Below, piece by piece: positions 49,284 to 64,000 of a stretch of 64,000 bases of DNA. A model generated the notes under the pieces. It ran no database searches and was not told the origin of the DNA. It saw only the letters and a program-made list of their open reading frames with translations. Both the position numbers and the translations under genes were made by a program. This DNA is from Chrysomallon squamiferum. Its lineage: Eukaryota > Animalia > Mollusca. How positions within the stretch are numbered: position 1 is the stretch's first letter; the number at the start of each line of letters is the position of its first letter. The stretch lies in the NCBI GenBank assembly GCA_012295275.1, contig CM022670.1, forward strand, positions 41,168,001 to 41,232,000, in the 5' to 3' direction.

Positions 49284-52200
49284 TATGTATATACACATAC
49301 ATTCAGATATACAATTTATTCAAAACCATTTCACTCACAGTAAATTGCCTCAGTGTGGGTCATAACTGTTTTGTTTGTCATTACTGTTAATATTTAATAT
49401 TTCAGTTATAACTGTTATATTTTGTTTATTTTTATTTCAGACGTCCAAGTGCTGTGTACTTTTTTTCAGAGTGGAGATAGACACGTCTGTCCCCAACCAC
49501 CACTGTCTGTTCGTACAGACAGAAGGACGACACCAGTAAGTAGAAAACACTTATTTTTGTGTCGTTTTCCACTGATTACGCAAAACCAAACAAAACATCT
49601 GGGTGTCTTGAATTGTACAACACCGGTTGAGGAGCAAATCTCATTTGGCTTGCTGTTCAGATTATTTTAAAATTAACTGTGATATTTGTATGCTTACTGG
49701 TTTTAGTTTTCGCTCAAGTCTATTACTGTTGCTGGCTTAATGTGACAAAGAATTTTAATTTTGTTGTTTATTTTGTGTTTTCATTTTTCGGTTCTTATGT
49801 TTTTTTTTTGTATTTTTTTTTTTTTTTTTGTTGCTTTAACATACTTAAAGAATGATATTATCATTTAAAAATATTTTGTACTCAAGAAAACGTTTAGATT
49901 TAATAATGTACTTTATGACATGTGTGTATGGGGTGCTCTGCACTAACCGCAAGCTGTTTTCACATTTTAGTTTTATTTAAAAAAAAAAAAATTTAAATTT
50001 AAAATTAAAAAAAAAAAAGTGAGATAAAAGTTAATATGTAAAATAAATATTTTGTCACATGATAGAATCATCAGAAACTGTTATTCCAAAACATTAAAAC
50101 AAATAAAAAGAAAAGAAAAAAGAAAAAAAACTTAGAAAATAATCCATTTATGATTTATCTTTGAGACATTTTACAAACAGTAAAATTTTTATGTATATTT
50201 TATTTTGTTGTGGCCTGTTTCCACTGAGTTAATTACTGATTGTACTCAGGCATATTACATAACAGTTGTATTTTAAAACTTCGGAAGAACATAACTAAAA
50301 TATAATTTTCAAAATAAATAAATAAATAAATAAATAATCATCCAACTCTGAAAATGCTTTGTTTCCAATTTCTGTATTTCAGATCACCATTTAAAAAATT
50401 TTTAAATTTGTTTTACAAAAGGTTAGTAATTGTATTTACAGCCATAATCTTAATATTTACTAAAGTGGAAGCTTGCTTTCTGGTCTAAGCAACTGGTGCT
50501 TTTGTGGTCAAGTTCTTCATTTTATTTTATTTTTTTTACAAACAGAGGGTCATACTGAACTAATATTAAACTTTTATTGAAACACATATATTAAAAACTA
50601 TATTTATTAAAACTGCTAGATATGTTTCTTAGAAATAACCAGGTAAAACAAAACTAATTTTTAAAATGTTTATTTTAACAAAAGCAAGACAGAATTTGAA
50701 ATTAAGAATATGATGATACGGAATTACAAATTAAAGTGTAGCTGTGTGAAGAAATAGACTAAATATATTTTAAATATTTACATATTGTTGTGTGATGAGC
50801 ACTCTTTGTTAATAATAAAGTATAACTGTAACATAACAAATTCATTTTAAACATGAAACAGATATAAAGTTTTGATTGTAATTTATTCTGTTTTTAAAAA
50901 TGGGTGTCTGATTTGTGATGGGTTGCATCATTATCTTCCTCAACATTTTTCCTGATGATCTAATGAATCTTTTTTCCTCAAAAGCCATTGACTGTATGCA
51001 CTTTTCTGTCTGTGAAAGGATAACAAGAACAAAATATTCTGTGAGGTTGCAGTAGGTTTATCTAAATGATGTTTAACCCTATTTTTGAAAGTTAAAAAGC
51101 TGTGGATTAAAAACAAAATGTCTTCAGGACACAATTAAATAAAGCATTCCTGCCTGCCTTGCAAAACAGTGAAGTTTAAAAACATAGCGTAATTAAAAAT
51201 AAAATAGGTGATAAAAACAGGCAGGCTTGGTGATAAAGTAACAGTACAAGCACATTAATGTGAGTCAGAGTTCATTCCAAGTTCTTGCAGCTGACTTTGC
51301 TCTGTTCTCTCTCTTTTCATTTCATTCTGTTGTTTTCTTGCCATCCAAATCCTTGGCACAGTCAGTTGATTGTTTGTCTGAGTCTTTTTACAAATCTTTT
51401 TAATTATTTCTTACAGTCAACCAATCATTTTGAAACACAGATGTTTATTTGTATTTTGTATAACTCAACACGCTCAGTTGTCTTTTCCCAATTAATGCAT
51501 GCAGAAATGTTTACATAGCTGTTTCATGTTTTACAAGACATAAGTGCAGTAATTATTGTTTTATAGATCCATTTTGGTCCAGTTCTGTGTAAAGGGCCCA
51601 TTTTGATCTCATTCTTTATTTTTATGCACCAGACTGTTATTAGCTGCAGATTTATTTGTAATATACAAATTCTGTTTATCGCTTTTGGCACTCGTGCATT
51701 TAACTTTAAGATAACATTCAAAGTGAATTCACTATGCTGCAGCTTTCATTTAAACTATCTTCCATCTTTTTGTCTGCAATATATAAACAAAACAGTATTA
51801 ATCTAATGACATACATTCTGTTAATCTCTAGCAATTTATAAATTGTGAATAACTGATTTTTAAGTCTTTATAAATAATAGACTCATTTTTAAACTGGTGC
51901 TTGCAAAAATCTTAAATACTTAAAATTTCTAAATGGTGACATTCTGTTTTGAAACTGATTATTAAAACATTAATTCTTTCATCAACTAATATTTTAAAAC
52001 TAATTATATGAATAACACTGATAATATACACTTACTATAACCTTTTACAGAATTAATGTATTTACTTTCTAAGAATAGCTTTCTTTATATTGCTTTTTTT
52101 TTTCTTCTGTTCTAGTTTTCATGAATCTATTTGCACAGTGTTAACACATTAGATTTTTTTGAATAGTGAACAGGTTTTAAACATTATTTTATTATTATAA

Positions 52201-53659
52201 TTTAAAAAACTAAAATTAATGATCTATCTTGTTTAATAATATATTGATCTGAAGACCATTGTTAATATTCACAAACATGTCACAAATAAAAATAAAGTGA
52301 AAAAAAGAAGTTTTATTAGTAATTTTTTAAAGAAGTGCTGTTTAGATATTCTGTGTTTCAATTAAAGATTCAGTTCACAGAGTCTACAGTATGAACAGTT
52401 CTGACAGATGTTATTAATCAGACCTAGAAAATATTCATGAATTAAACAAGTTATCAGGATTTTTAAAGATGTAAAGTTACTGCAGGAATCTTGAATATTT
52501 CATTATATCTTTCTTCATGTGTGTCTAAACATCTTTCTTCATGTGTGTGTCTAAACATCTTTCTTCATGTGTGTGTCTGAACATCTTTCTTCATGTGTGT
52601 ACATGTCTTTGTATGTATGTGTGTCTGTGTCTTTGTATGTGTGTTTTTGTCTGTGTAATAATATTTTAATAAAATGTGTATTTACAGATGTATCACACTG
52701 ACCAGTATTTACTGAAGTATAACAAATATTTAGTTTTTGAAAGGATGAATGTTGATACATATAAACCTAATACATACTGAAGTGGGTTTGGGCTAACAAC
52801 TAACTACATAGTTAGTACATACTAACAAGTATATCCAGTTCTACACTAGCTACAAAAAGTGTAATGTATTAAATAGATGACATATTGCATGCATACTATT
52901 ATGTGTGTATACTTGCATACCTCATTATGTGTGCACATGTGGGTAAATGCTTGATTATCTATGCAAAGCTGTTTTAAAATGCTATTATGTAACTTATTTA
53001 TTATCAGATAACATTACAGAAATACTTCAGTTACTAAAATATTAAATCATTAATTTTTTTAAAACAGCTTTGTAACATTTTTTATCTGTACTGTGCTTTT
53101 GGTTTGATGTATTGAAAATGAGCTCTAAATTGCTCTCCTGAAATTATATAGGAGAGCAGTAGCTCTCAGTATCAGTGTGAAATTATTTGTGTGAAAATAC
53201 AGTGATCAAACCATGAGTACTGGTACTAAAGTTTGTTATTTAATACATGTATTATACAGCGTTAATTGTAGATTAGTATTTATCTTTCACTCAGTTATTA
53301 ATATTAGTATGATTTATTCATAACAAAACTAAAAAAACAAAAAATCGTTTATGGAAACTAATTTCTTTTTTCTTGTAATGTGTGGTACAGACACACGAAC
53401 ACACTGCCAGCTTGCAGTTGACACAGCACATTTCAGTGACGCGTTTTACAAACTTACACTTCATTTCACTGACAGCAGTTGCCTCCAGCATTCAGCCACA
53501 AATATTTTTACTTTTTTATGGCATTGTTTAATTTTTTTTTACTCCTATGTGTGTTTTTCTATGTTTATATTTTTTAACAATGATGGAAAATGACATGGCT
53601 GTAATATTTGTTGTTTTTTTGCCAATGTCTTTTTTCTGATTGCACAGGTGGTTGTTAGC

Positions 53660-53696
<37 letters not shown>

Positions 53697-55282
53697 ATTG
53701 CTCTATATTTTAAATTATTTTGAAAATGTTAATTGATGAAATAATCTTACCATACCTTCCACACAAAAAAAAACACTGATAAAAATTGATCAGTGTCTGA
53801 AATTAGTAAACATTTTAGTTAAATATTTAGAAAATGTTCTTTCAAATGTGGAAGTGAAGACCATTTTTTCTTTCTTCTTTTTACCCCCCACTGCCAAACA
53901 TGAAATAATTCATAATTTATTATTCAAGAAATTAAATTTTAAAATCAGTTTAAACGATGAAATAGCTGGCATGATGGTATTGAATGTTTTACAAAATTGG
54001 AGTTTAATAACACCCGAATGAATAATGCATAAGCAGTAAATAGAAACTATAAAAAAAAAAATTGTTTTCATTAAAACTGAAACAACAGTCCCTGTTACCG
54101 GTTATTTGAACAAACACTGTGTTCATACTTGTATTTTATTTGTCAGCATCAAGTACAGCATCAATGGCATTCTTGACAGTGACAGCGTTCCAGCCTTGAA
54201 ACTCCACTTCATCTCACACATAGAACTGTCTGCTGAAATATCCTGGTAAGTCTTTTATTTTAGTTTATTTTAGTTTAGTTTAGTTTAGTTTAGAAATTAG
54301 TTGATGTTATTAAGTGACAGAAAAAATACAGTTTTTACATTGTGTCTCTGACAACAAAATCGAAGACCATGAAAGTACATAAACAAATTTTACTGTTCTT
54401 CGGAACTTAATCAAATATACAGTCATCAGAAATAGCAGATGTTTAACATAAAACATTAAATTAATCAAAGAGTTCTGTGATATGTAATTAAATAAAATAT
54501 CTCAAGTTTATACACAGGCATTTTTCTGTGCTAAAATTTTCATGTCGTAGGATTTTCATCACAGGATTTTCATGTGAGAGAATTTTCATGTCACAGGTTG
54601 TAGGTTCAGTTTAGTTCAGGGGCTGGGTACATCAGGTTTTTGTTTTGTTTTAACCCTGGATGCATTAATGTTTACATTAAGATTATTTAAAAAAAAAAAA
54701 AAAAAAAATAAAATATGATAATAAAATGTCTAAATTACAGAGAAATGAGGTTTTTAGTATCTTTTCATTATTCCTTTATGGATTGCTGTATATAAGTTAC
54801 ACACCCACAAGTTAGGTAATAAACTGAGCTGTCTATAAATGTCAGATATTCCGGTTGTGAAAAGCAGTCAATCTTAAGTAACGTCAGATGTATAAAACCA
54901 CAAAATTCTCCACAGTTACACTTTCATGTGACACTGCAAGCATGATTTTCACTAAGTCAGTCAACCGTATCATTAGCCTAAAACTTAGACTTTGTTTCCT
55001 TGCTTTGATGAACAGTCTGGCAATCTGTCTAATTTAAAAATAAAAGCCTGTTCCTATTTGTCTGATATGTCTAACTGAGAAGAAGACAGAGAGAAAGAGC
55101 TGATATAAAACTAAATATTTATATAACTGTGTTTTACCACACAGAGTAATAATACTATTTAAAATTACATAGTGTGTTTGCTGTGTTTGTGTGTGCTTAT
55201 GAGTACGTGTCTATGAGAATACTTACATTTCAGAACATTAAGTACTGGTGTATTGTACTGTTCATTTTGAAGAAGCTTCTGT

Positions 55283-55334
<52 letters not shown>

Positions 55335-55740
55335 TATATATATATATATCTGCAGTGACTATAAATTGTGGCAAGTGACTTGATATATTTCTGTATTTTC
55401 CATAGCTGGCAAAAAATGCAGCTTTTTGTTACCAAACAATTTTTACTTAGATACATTACTTATTATTTACATATATATACATACATACATACATACATAC
55501 GTGTGTGTGTGTTATTTTTTACTGTTTAATTGCTGGTTTACATATGAAACTTTTGAAAACAGTTTTTGTTTAAAAAATAACAAATTGTTATTGCAGAAAT
55601 ATTTAGTTTTGATGTTTATTTTGTGCAGATAAAAACAAAATCAATACACATAAATCCACTACTCTCAAGAGCATTGTGTTGAAAAATAAAATTGTTAATT
55701 TTATTTAGTTTTTGTTAAAAATAAATAACTGGTTATTCCA

Positions 55741-55788
<48 letters not shown>

Positions 55789-58700
55789 GAAGACAGAGTC
55801 TGTACACACTTACAATATATAGAATATATAATTATTGTAATTAAAATAATCAGAAATTAATGATTATTATTGTATGAAATATGTAAATAGACTGCAAAAT
55901 GGAAGAAAAAACTAGAACACAAAATAAATTAATAAATAATAGTATTTCTGGGATGTTTTGCATTTATAAGAAGTGCATTAAATGACATAATAAAACATTT
56001 TTTATGACAAATATTTGTTTGTGTGTTTTAGAATTCATCAAAAAACACTTTATGGAACAGCTGTTGTCAATTTATAATTTTATTTCAGACCCAGACATAA
56101 AAAATTATTTGTACAGAAAATGGATACACATATGCACACACAAACCTAAAAAGTCATATGTACATAACACATGCATGCATGCACGCACACACATACATAT
56201 ACACATAAAGTCATACTTGGGAAGGCACGAACACTCACAGACATACACACAGTCATTTATATAGGATGAACATACACACAGAGACACACACACACACACA
56301 CACACATATATTGATGCACATTTTCACTGAAATTTCTCTTTTTTCTAATTATGAATTGTGTACACAAAGTAAATAAGTGACAGGTTACATGGTCAGTTAC
56401 TTGGTAAAGCTGGTTATGTGAGATGTTACACTGCACTTCCATGTGTTACTTTCAGTTTAGAGCAAGCCCTGATTTACATACATCTTTCTATAAACAGGAC
56501 AACACATACCAGTTCTTTGTTCTAGTCATGGATAATGTGGAAAATGTCACTGTAACCAGCCTATTATTATAATAGAAAATAACAGTGTGTGTAAGTTAGT
56601 TTTAGATCTGGTATTTATAACAATGGAATATGACACAGTATTTTTAACCAATAAATTAGTATAATAAAATATAACACTGAGTAATTTTAAGCATTTGGTT
56701 AATATTCTGTTCCTGAAATAAAATGGACTCCTGTAAACAAACAAAACAAAAATATTTCTAATTTAATCAGTTATTTTCACACCTGTGATATTTATTAACC
56801 TGATTACATCTAAATACAGGTAAGTTTGAGTGTGACTCAACCTTGAACTGGGGTGAGGAGCAGCTTGTTTCTGTACGGTTAAAACATTCAAACTATCTGT
56901 GTTAGGTTGCAAGATCAATCCCACTTCAAGGAAGTCTGTGGCAAATGTTGTGAAAATAGTTTTTATACCTCCAGGTTTCTATTTGATTGTTTTACATCAC
57001 CTATCAACACTTATAAACAAAGCATGACACTGAAATAATTCTCTTATAAAATATTTTAACATTACAATTTCTGCTCCTTAACAGATGGAGCTGTAAAGTC
57101 ACTGCATGCCTGGTTGACCTACAAGTTGTAATTTTTCTGCTAATTCTGTATGAAACTAAAGAGACTTCATGGGCTTCCAGATGTTGTTAGCTGTACTTAT
57201 TTTATTGTTATACTTAATTAACAATGAACATTAAGAACCAAATATAATTTAGGAAACAGGCAGGATGCACACAGACTGTTTATTCATACTGTCCACAGAG
57301 AATCTGAATGAATTGTCAAAGGCTAGGGCACTGCTTTCTTCTTTATAAATACTCAGTGGTTGTTGAATGATAATAATAGTCCTTCATACTGAGGCTTTTT
57401 CTCTTATAACTTCACAAATAAAAAATTTGACTAATAACAATAATGATGATGATGATGATAATAATAATGAACAACAACAACAACAATAACAATAATAGAA
57501 ATAATATTAATACACTCAGCTACTTGTTCTAAATTGTGCTAGGATAATACTAGTCAAACAAACATTATTCTGGTTTATGTTTGTAAAGAAATGAATAGTT
57601 TGATAATTTTTTATTTTTTTTATTTTTTTTTATGTTCTGTTGTTTGCTGTTCATATTAACATTATTTACAGAGACTTGAAATCTTTTGCACAAATTTAAA
57701 ATGATGTTTTAGTTCCACTGTTCCTCTGTCAGATAACTGTGTGTGTGTATTGTCAGATAACTGTGTATTGTCAGATAACTGTATATATGGTCAGATAACT
57801 GTGTGTTGTCAGGTAACTGTGTGTATTGTCAGATAACTGTGTATTGTCAGATAACTGTGTATATTGTCAGATAACTGTGTGTATTGTCAAAATACTGTAT
57901 TGTCAGATAACTGTGTGTATATTGTCAGATAACTGTATTGTCAGATAACTGTGTGTATATTGTCAGATAACTGTGTATATTGTCAAAATACTGAATTGTC
58001 AGATAACTGTATCAGTTAAAATACTGTATTGTCAGATAACTGTGTGTATATTGTCAGATAACTGTATATTGTCAGATAACTGTGTATTGTCAAAATACTG
58101 TATTGTCAGATAACTGTGTATATTGTCAGATAACTGTATATTGTCAGATAACTGTGTGTATATTGTCAGATAACTGTGTGTATATTGTCAGATAACTGTA
58201 TTGTCAGATAACTGTGTGTGTATATTGTCAGATAACTGTGTATATTGTCAAAATACTGTATTGTCAGATAACTGTATGTGTTTTGTCAGATAACTGTATG
58301 TGTTTTGTCAGATAACTGTATATTGTCAGATAACTGTGTGTGTATTGTCAGATAACTGTATGTGTTTTGTCAGATAACTGTATATTGTCAGATAACTGTA
58401 TATTGTCAGATAACTGTGTGTATTGTCAGATAACTGTATATTGTCAGATAACTGTGTGTATTGTCAGATAACTGTGTATGTTGTCAGATAACTGTATTGT
58501 CGGATTTAACTGTGTATATTGTCGGATAACTGTGTATATTGTCAGATAACTATGTATTGTCAGATAACTGTGTGTTTGTGTTTCAGCTGTCTGAGTGTGA
58601 GGGATGAGCTGGTGGTTAGTACAATTGATGGCTATCTGAATCGAGTTCGCTGGACAGGCAACAAGAATGACAAAGCAACTCTTCACCTTGGTGACATACC

Positions 58701-58896
58701 TGTCTCCACCGACTTGCAACAGTTCCGAGGTAAATACCACTTATCTGTCTGTCTGTCTGTCATCATTTTTTTTTTAATTTTAATGTGGTTTTTTTGTAAA
58801 CTGATTGTAGAATATTTTAGAATTTTTTTTATTTTTTTTGTGTGGATGTGTTTAGTTGGTGTATATGACCATTGCTATATGACTGTAAGCATGTGT

Positions 58897-58929
<33 letters not shown>

Positions 58930-60715
58930 AGATGAGATTTTTGGTCTAATGTTTTTTATTAATAATATTGTATCAGTATTGTGTTGAAGATAATGAAAGA
59001 CATTTTTTAAATTTAACTATCATCTAGGCATATTTTTAATTAATAATTGTGTGGAAGTATTCATACAGATAATGGAAACAGGTAAATAGGAACCTGCACC
59101 CTCCATGATGTACTCTTTTTGATTAGCAGAGAGAGATATTTTTAAACTGTTTTCCCATAGACAGGAGAACACATACCATGACTTTTGACACACCAGTTTT
59201 GGGCTGTGGTTAGACAGCTATATGTGTGGTTATGCCTGGTTGCATGTGTGTGGGTATGCCTGGTTGCATGTGTGTGGGTGTGGAAGTGGGTGTGTTTGTG
59301 TAAGTATGGGTGTACTTGTGTTGATAGGCTTTGTATAAATGGTTAATTAAGTATGCAAGGTTTGTAGACATTTCTGTGTGGGTTTGCATAAAACAACAGT
59401 TGTGAGCTGGAGTGTGTTTGTTTCACAAATCTGAGTTTACAGCTTTTTAAAAATGTACATCATCAGTTGTATATTAAATGAAGATAAAATAATAATTTTA
59501 TTTTTGTATTAGTATTATTTATCTTATATATGTGAGGTGTGTTTGTACATGTGCAAGTGGGTGTGTAAATTAACTGTGTCTGGTTGTTAAATAAAATGTT
59601 TAAACCTGTAAAAAAAGAATGTATGACTTAGAAAACAAATAACTGTCTGTGTGTGCTTAAGTTACACTAGAAACAGGCATTTCTTTTCTTCATTTTTTAA
59701 ATATTTTTTTTTACCTTTTTTTATCCTATTTTTATTAAAGAACTAGCAGTTTAAACTAAATTTCACAGTTTCTCACATGTCTTAAAGTTAAATCTCTGTT
59801 TTTTGTATAACTGACTGTTTACTAATGGTTTTTTTTTTTTTTTTTTTGAAAAAACTGCCAGCAGTTTAATTTCTATTACAGTAACAATGATTTTTATTCA
59901 GTATTTACACGACACAAATTTAAGAAAGTGCTAGCTGTAAGTTCTCCAGTTTGATACTTGTATGTTAATGTCAGTTTGTGTATTTTCCATGGAGCTTCCG
60001 AAGCAAGGACATTGCCAAATGGAATCACTGGTAATAAAAACTGAAACCATTGCATAAAGTCCATAACCTGGCTGTTTGTCTGTCTGTCTCTCTGTTTGTC
60101 TGTGGTGCTGGTATCAACCAATAAATGTAACAAAAGGTTTCAATTTTAAGAAGAAAAAAAAAATTTAAAGATAGGGAATACTAGATTAACCAGATAATAA
60201 TGATGTGAAAATTAAAATATTAAATACAGTAATACAAAATAAAATGTTATCGTCAGATTTAAAATAATATTGTTCTTTTTAATGTTGCATGTATGTTCTA
60301 ACAGAAATTATGTAAATAAACAGAGGAGAAATAACATGTCATATTGATTACTTTAAAAAAAAAACTTCTTATCTGCAGGAAAATAAATCAATAATGGAAC
60401 ATGTTACAAATGAAAACAGAAAATTCATTTATCAAAACGTACATGAAACCTTGAACTTTCCTTAATTTGATTTTAATAATGAATCAGCTAAAGAAGTGCA
60501 TTAATAAAAATGTGGTCTGCCACTATTAAAACAGCCAGTGAGTTTGTCAAACAGCAGCAGGGAATAAATAAATAAATAAATAATAGCAAAATCAAAAATT
60601 CTTCTACATTGCTAAATGATTTAATTCTTTTTCAAGTTAATTTTACTGTTTATAGTTTACACAGTAATAGTTAAATATCCCAAAAAATAAATAAATAAAT
60701 AAATAAAAATAAATA

Positions 60716-60767
<52 letters not shown>

Positions 60768-61777
60768 AATATAAATAAATGAAAAAAAACAACAACAGAA
60801 AAGAAAGAAAAAAATTCTGTTTTTATTAAATCAACATTTTAACAATTAAACCGACTTAACTTCTAGACATTAAAGATAAAGTAATTTAAAACGTATTAAT
60901 CTCAGAAAACATCAGTCACACTTGACTGGTTTTATATCCTTTCTGTTGCATGTTCTAATAGCAAATTGACTTCATACATTAGATTAGACTAACCTAATTC
61001 AGATTTTTGGATTCATTGTGGTCACTGATGATAATTAACATATACCCTTTTGGTTCTTAGTCTAGATAAAATAAAAGTAAAATTTTCTGAAACCAGAGAA
61101 ATCTCTGGTAGCAATTAAAATGAAATTAGCATCAACTGTAATTTAACTTTTTATCACCGATGAATGAAAGAAAAGAACAGAATTTTATTTCATTTTAATT
61201 TATCAGAAGATTTAATTTTTTTCTTTTCATTAAATTTTATTTAATTATTATTATTTTTTTTTAATTTATTTTTTTATTATTTATTTTTTTAATTTATTTT
61301 TAATTTTTATTTTTTTTTTATTTTTATTTTTATTATTGTTTTTTTGTATTTATTATTAAAACATTTTTTTTGCAATTATTATTCACAACTTTTGTTTGAA
61401 CCGAGTAAACATTATTTTAAACTAGTTGTTTCAGAAAACCATGTAACAGATGTATGTATTGTTGTATGTTAAATAACAATGTATGTCACTGATTGTGATT
61501 ATTTGCGATGCTACTAATGACAAGAAATGTGAATTTGATATGTTATGTTATTCTCTCTACTCTGGTAATGACAGCTTTCTTTAAATTCCATCTCTCTATG
61601 CCTCTATTATAATTAGTTATTTTTATTATTATTATTATATATTATTATTATTATTACTTTTTCTCATTTAATTTTTATTATTTTAATTTATTTAGTTATG
61701 TGAATTTTATTTATTTATTTTTTTAATTTTTTAAAAAAAAAAAAAAAAATTCTATTATTATTTGGTTTTATTTTATT

Positions 61778-61816
<39 letters not shown>

Positions 61817-63674
61817 TATTTATTTATTTATTTATTTTATTTTTTTTGTAAATTAGATTTTCTTTTCTTTCCCTCTATCTTTGTTTGTTGGTTCAGTCTG
61901 TATCCTGCATGGAGTTTAACTTTGTTTGGTATATTTATATATTTATATTCATTTTTAATTGTTTTGTCTTATTGCTCTTGGAAATGTTTAGTATTATTTT
62001 TTCTTTTAAATACATTTCTATTAACCAATAATTAAACATATATTTATACATCTGTTAAATATTGCCATCATATTTCTTCTTTTTAAATATAAAAAAAAAA
62101 AAAAAAAAAAAAGACATAAAATTTTAATAGTATTGTATTAGGTTTTCTTTTAAATTTAATTTATTATATTTAATATTTGAGTAGATGTGTAAAGTTATAC
62201 AGAGGTGTATATTAATATTATGCAATGTTTGACAAAACTGACATTTGTTATTTCAAACAGTACTTGTGTTGATGACAGTTTTATTTAAATAATTGATAAT
62301 CTGATGTTTTGTTTTTCAGTAACAGATTTACTTGCTAAAATGTAAACTCAAATAATGTTTTAGTCAGATCACTAGAAAATTAATTAAAATTTTAATAATA
62401 ATAATAATAATAATAATAATATTAAAAGTACTATTATATTCCCATTCATTTATATTTATACACATATAATTATTAAGATTAAAAATTCAAATAAAGTGTT
62501 AACATTAATTAAAAAAAAATAATAATAATAATAATAAAGTTAAATAAAATTAGTTTTTTGAATTAGATTTTAATTTTACTTGAGATAAAATCAGTAGAAA
62601 GGAAACAAAACATAGCTTCTTTAATTATATTCTAAATAAAACATAAAATTGTCATAGAATATGCATGAGTTTTCAAATAAATATTTAAACTATCATATGT
62701 TATTAGTATTACCTTTTTTTTAAAAATCTTTTTTATCATTATTAAATGTTTCTTTATTATTATTTAAATTATTTAATGGAAATGAGTTGAATGTTAAACA
62801 GAATTTTCACTTTGATGTATAACCAGAATAGTTTAAAATGAAAGCATATATTAATAAAATATTCTGCTTTGTTTTAAAAGCCTCCAAGTTGACCTATGAT
62901 GATGGGATTGTTGTTCAGATGGAGTACAGCCCCACCCTGGGGGGGTACTGTCTGGTTTTGTCAAGTGGGAAAGCTCTGTTTGTGATCCCCCCTTCAACAC
63001 GTTCAGAAAAAACGGTTAGTTTCATATTTATTACCTACCACTGTTTTAATAAATACCGAGCTGTATGAACATTCTGATTCTACATCATGACTTTTTATAT
63101 TTTATATAAAATAAAGAAAGTCCACTACATCAGAATGACAGTTTTATATTTTATACAAATCACATGACTGAGATATTATTTTTCTGTTTGAAAACTTTAG
63201 TACAAATATTAATTGTTGTTGATGAAAGATAAATTTGTATGCTGTACATGAACTGAATTGCCACTAATACCATTTACATCGATGTAACATAAACAGAATA
63301 ATAAACAGTGTTTAATTGTAATGTTCTGTACGTTACAGCTGTGCTTTTTTTTTTTCAACATTCAATAAAAAGATAATAATATAAAAACACTATATTAAAA
63401 AGATACAGAAATATTTTTTATTGCACATTGAATAAAATCAAGGGTGCATAGTATATTCACTGACTTTTTTAAATGCTTTGATTCAACTCAAGGGTGCTAG
63501 AGTGCACAGTACATACATAGTACAGACTTGTTAGAATGTTTGAGTCATGTGCTGTGTTTAACAGTGTTTATGTAATTTTCAGAGTGCGCATGGAGTGTGG
63601 GCTCAGGAACTGTCCAATGCTACAGCCCTGGCTGTCAATCACAGGTACAGGTTGATGGCTTTCGGCTGTCGCAG
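47444..63674 (+). CDS. RIC1: RIC1 (RAB6A GEF complex partner 1), 5' part; continues beyond the window; apparent +1 frameshift in exon 2
   Basis: Exons 47444-47584, 48545-48653, 49441-49535, 54147-54245, 58587-58729, 62881-63014, 63583-63674. Motifs: N-terminus MYFPVGWPK, GTYKVAEWKPDSSMLAV, ELVVSTIDGYL, MEYSPTLGGY, HGVWAQELSNATALAVNHRYRLMAFGC. Confidence 0.92.
57725..58580. repeat. Minisatellite, ~18-24-bp unit (attgtcagataactgtgt...), abutting the RIC1 exon 5 acceptor
   Basis: Roughly 40 tandem copies of gtcagataactgt with variable (gt/at) spacers, ending ~15 nt before the acceptor AG at 58585-58586. Confidence 0.95.
59060..59220 (-). mobile_element. Degenerate SINE fragment resembling the central domain of molluscan Meta/MESC-type SINEs
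   Basis: 'tactctttttgattagcagagagagatatttttaaactgttttcccatagacaggagaacacataccatgacttttgacacaccagt' resembles, from memory, the reverse complement of the GGTATGTGCTATCCTGTCTGTGGGA...TGCTGCTAATCG core. Not verified by search. Confidence 0.5.
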
Positions 63675-64000
63675 GTAAACCTCACCTGTTTAATTATCAG
63701 ACCATTTGTTTAACTTCAGACGTGTTTTAAATAAACTGGAGACTGTCGTAAAAATCATCATTTCTAATTATACGAAAATAGACAAACAAAGAATTTTATA
63801 TTAGTTGTCGCTGTTTTGTTGTCAGATTGAATCTGTATTATTACTATAAAGAAATATCTTTATTATCACTCTATGTACTTCAAAGTAACTCTTTTGTTTG
63901 TAGTTAAACTGTAATAATGAAAATAGTTACCTTTATTATATTGCTAAGTAATAGTTTTATTTTTTGTTGGACTGTATTATAAAAAAAAAATAAATAACTT

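Noticed and set aside
57725-58580. Repeat with short variable spacers superficially like a CRISPR array
   Set aside because: The spacers are only a few gt/at dinucleotides rather than unique 25-45-nt sequences. The context is a eukaryotic intron with no cas genes.

Overview
This is an AT-rich, intron-dense animal genomic window. Gene content and a SINE-like remnant suggest a mollusc, probably a gastropod (inference). By manual splicing with phase checks I reconstruct six genes. (1) The last exon of an upstream TRP paralogue (637-669, +). (2) A complete ~954-aa ankyrin-repeat TRP channel (5019-23260, +) with two equal-length mutually exclusive exons for the linker/pre-S1 helix, a candidate microexon, an unusually long S2-S3 loop and an acidic glycine-free pore motif. 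(3) INIP/SOSS-C (28142-26822, -), which the ORF track misses. (4) An SNX7/SNX30-type PX-BAR sorting nexin (28389-34576, +), head-to-head with INIP. (5) TCTEX1D1/DYNLT5 (45275-43148, -). (6) The 5' part of RIC1 (47444 to beyond the window, +), head-to-head with TCTEX1D1 and carrying an apparent +1 frameshift in exon 2. Positions ~1-4515 are a diverged copy of ~22656-26745, so the TRP gene is tandemly duplicated with a breakpoint just downstream of the INIP stop. The window also holds two Tc1/mariner-superfamily elements, a decayed intronic copy of the TRP promoter, a ~220-bp inverted repeat with asymmetric CpG decay, and several minisatellites that appear seeded from splice-site sequence. There are no prokaryotic features or CRISPR arrays. 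No database search was possible, so family assignments rest on recalled protein motifs.
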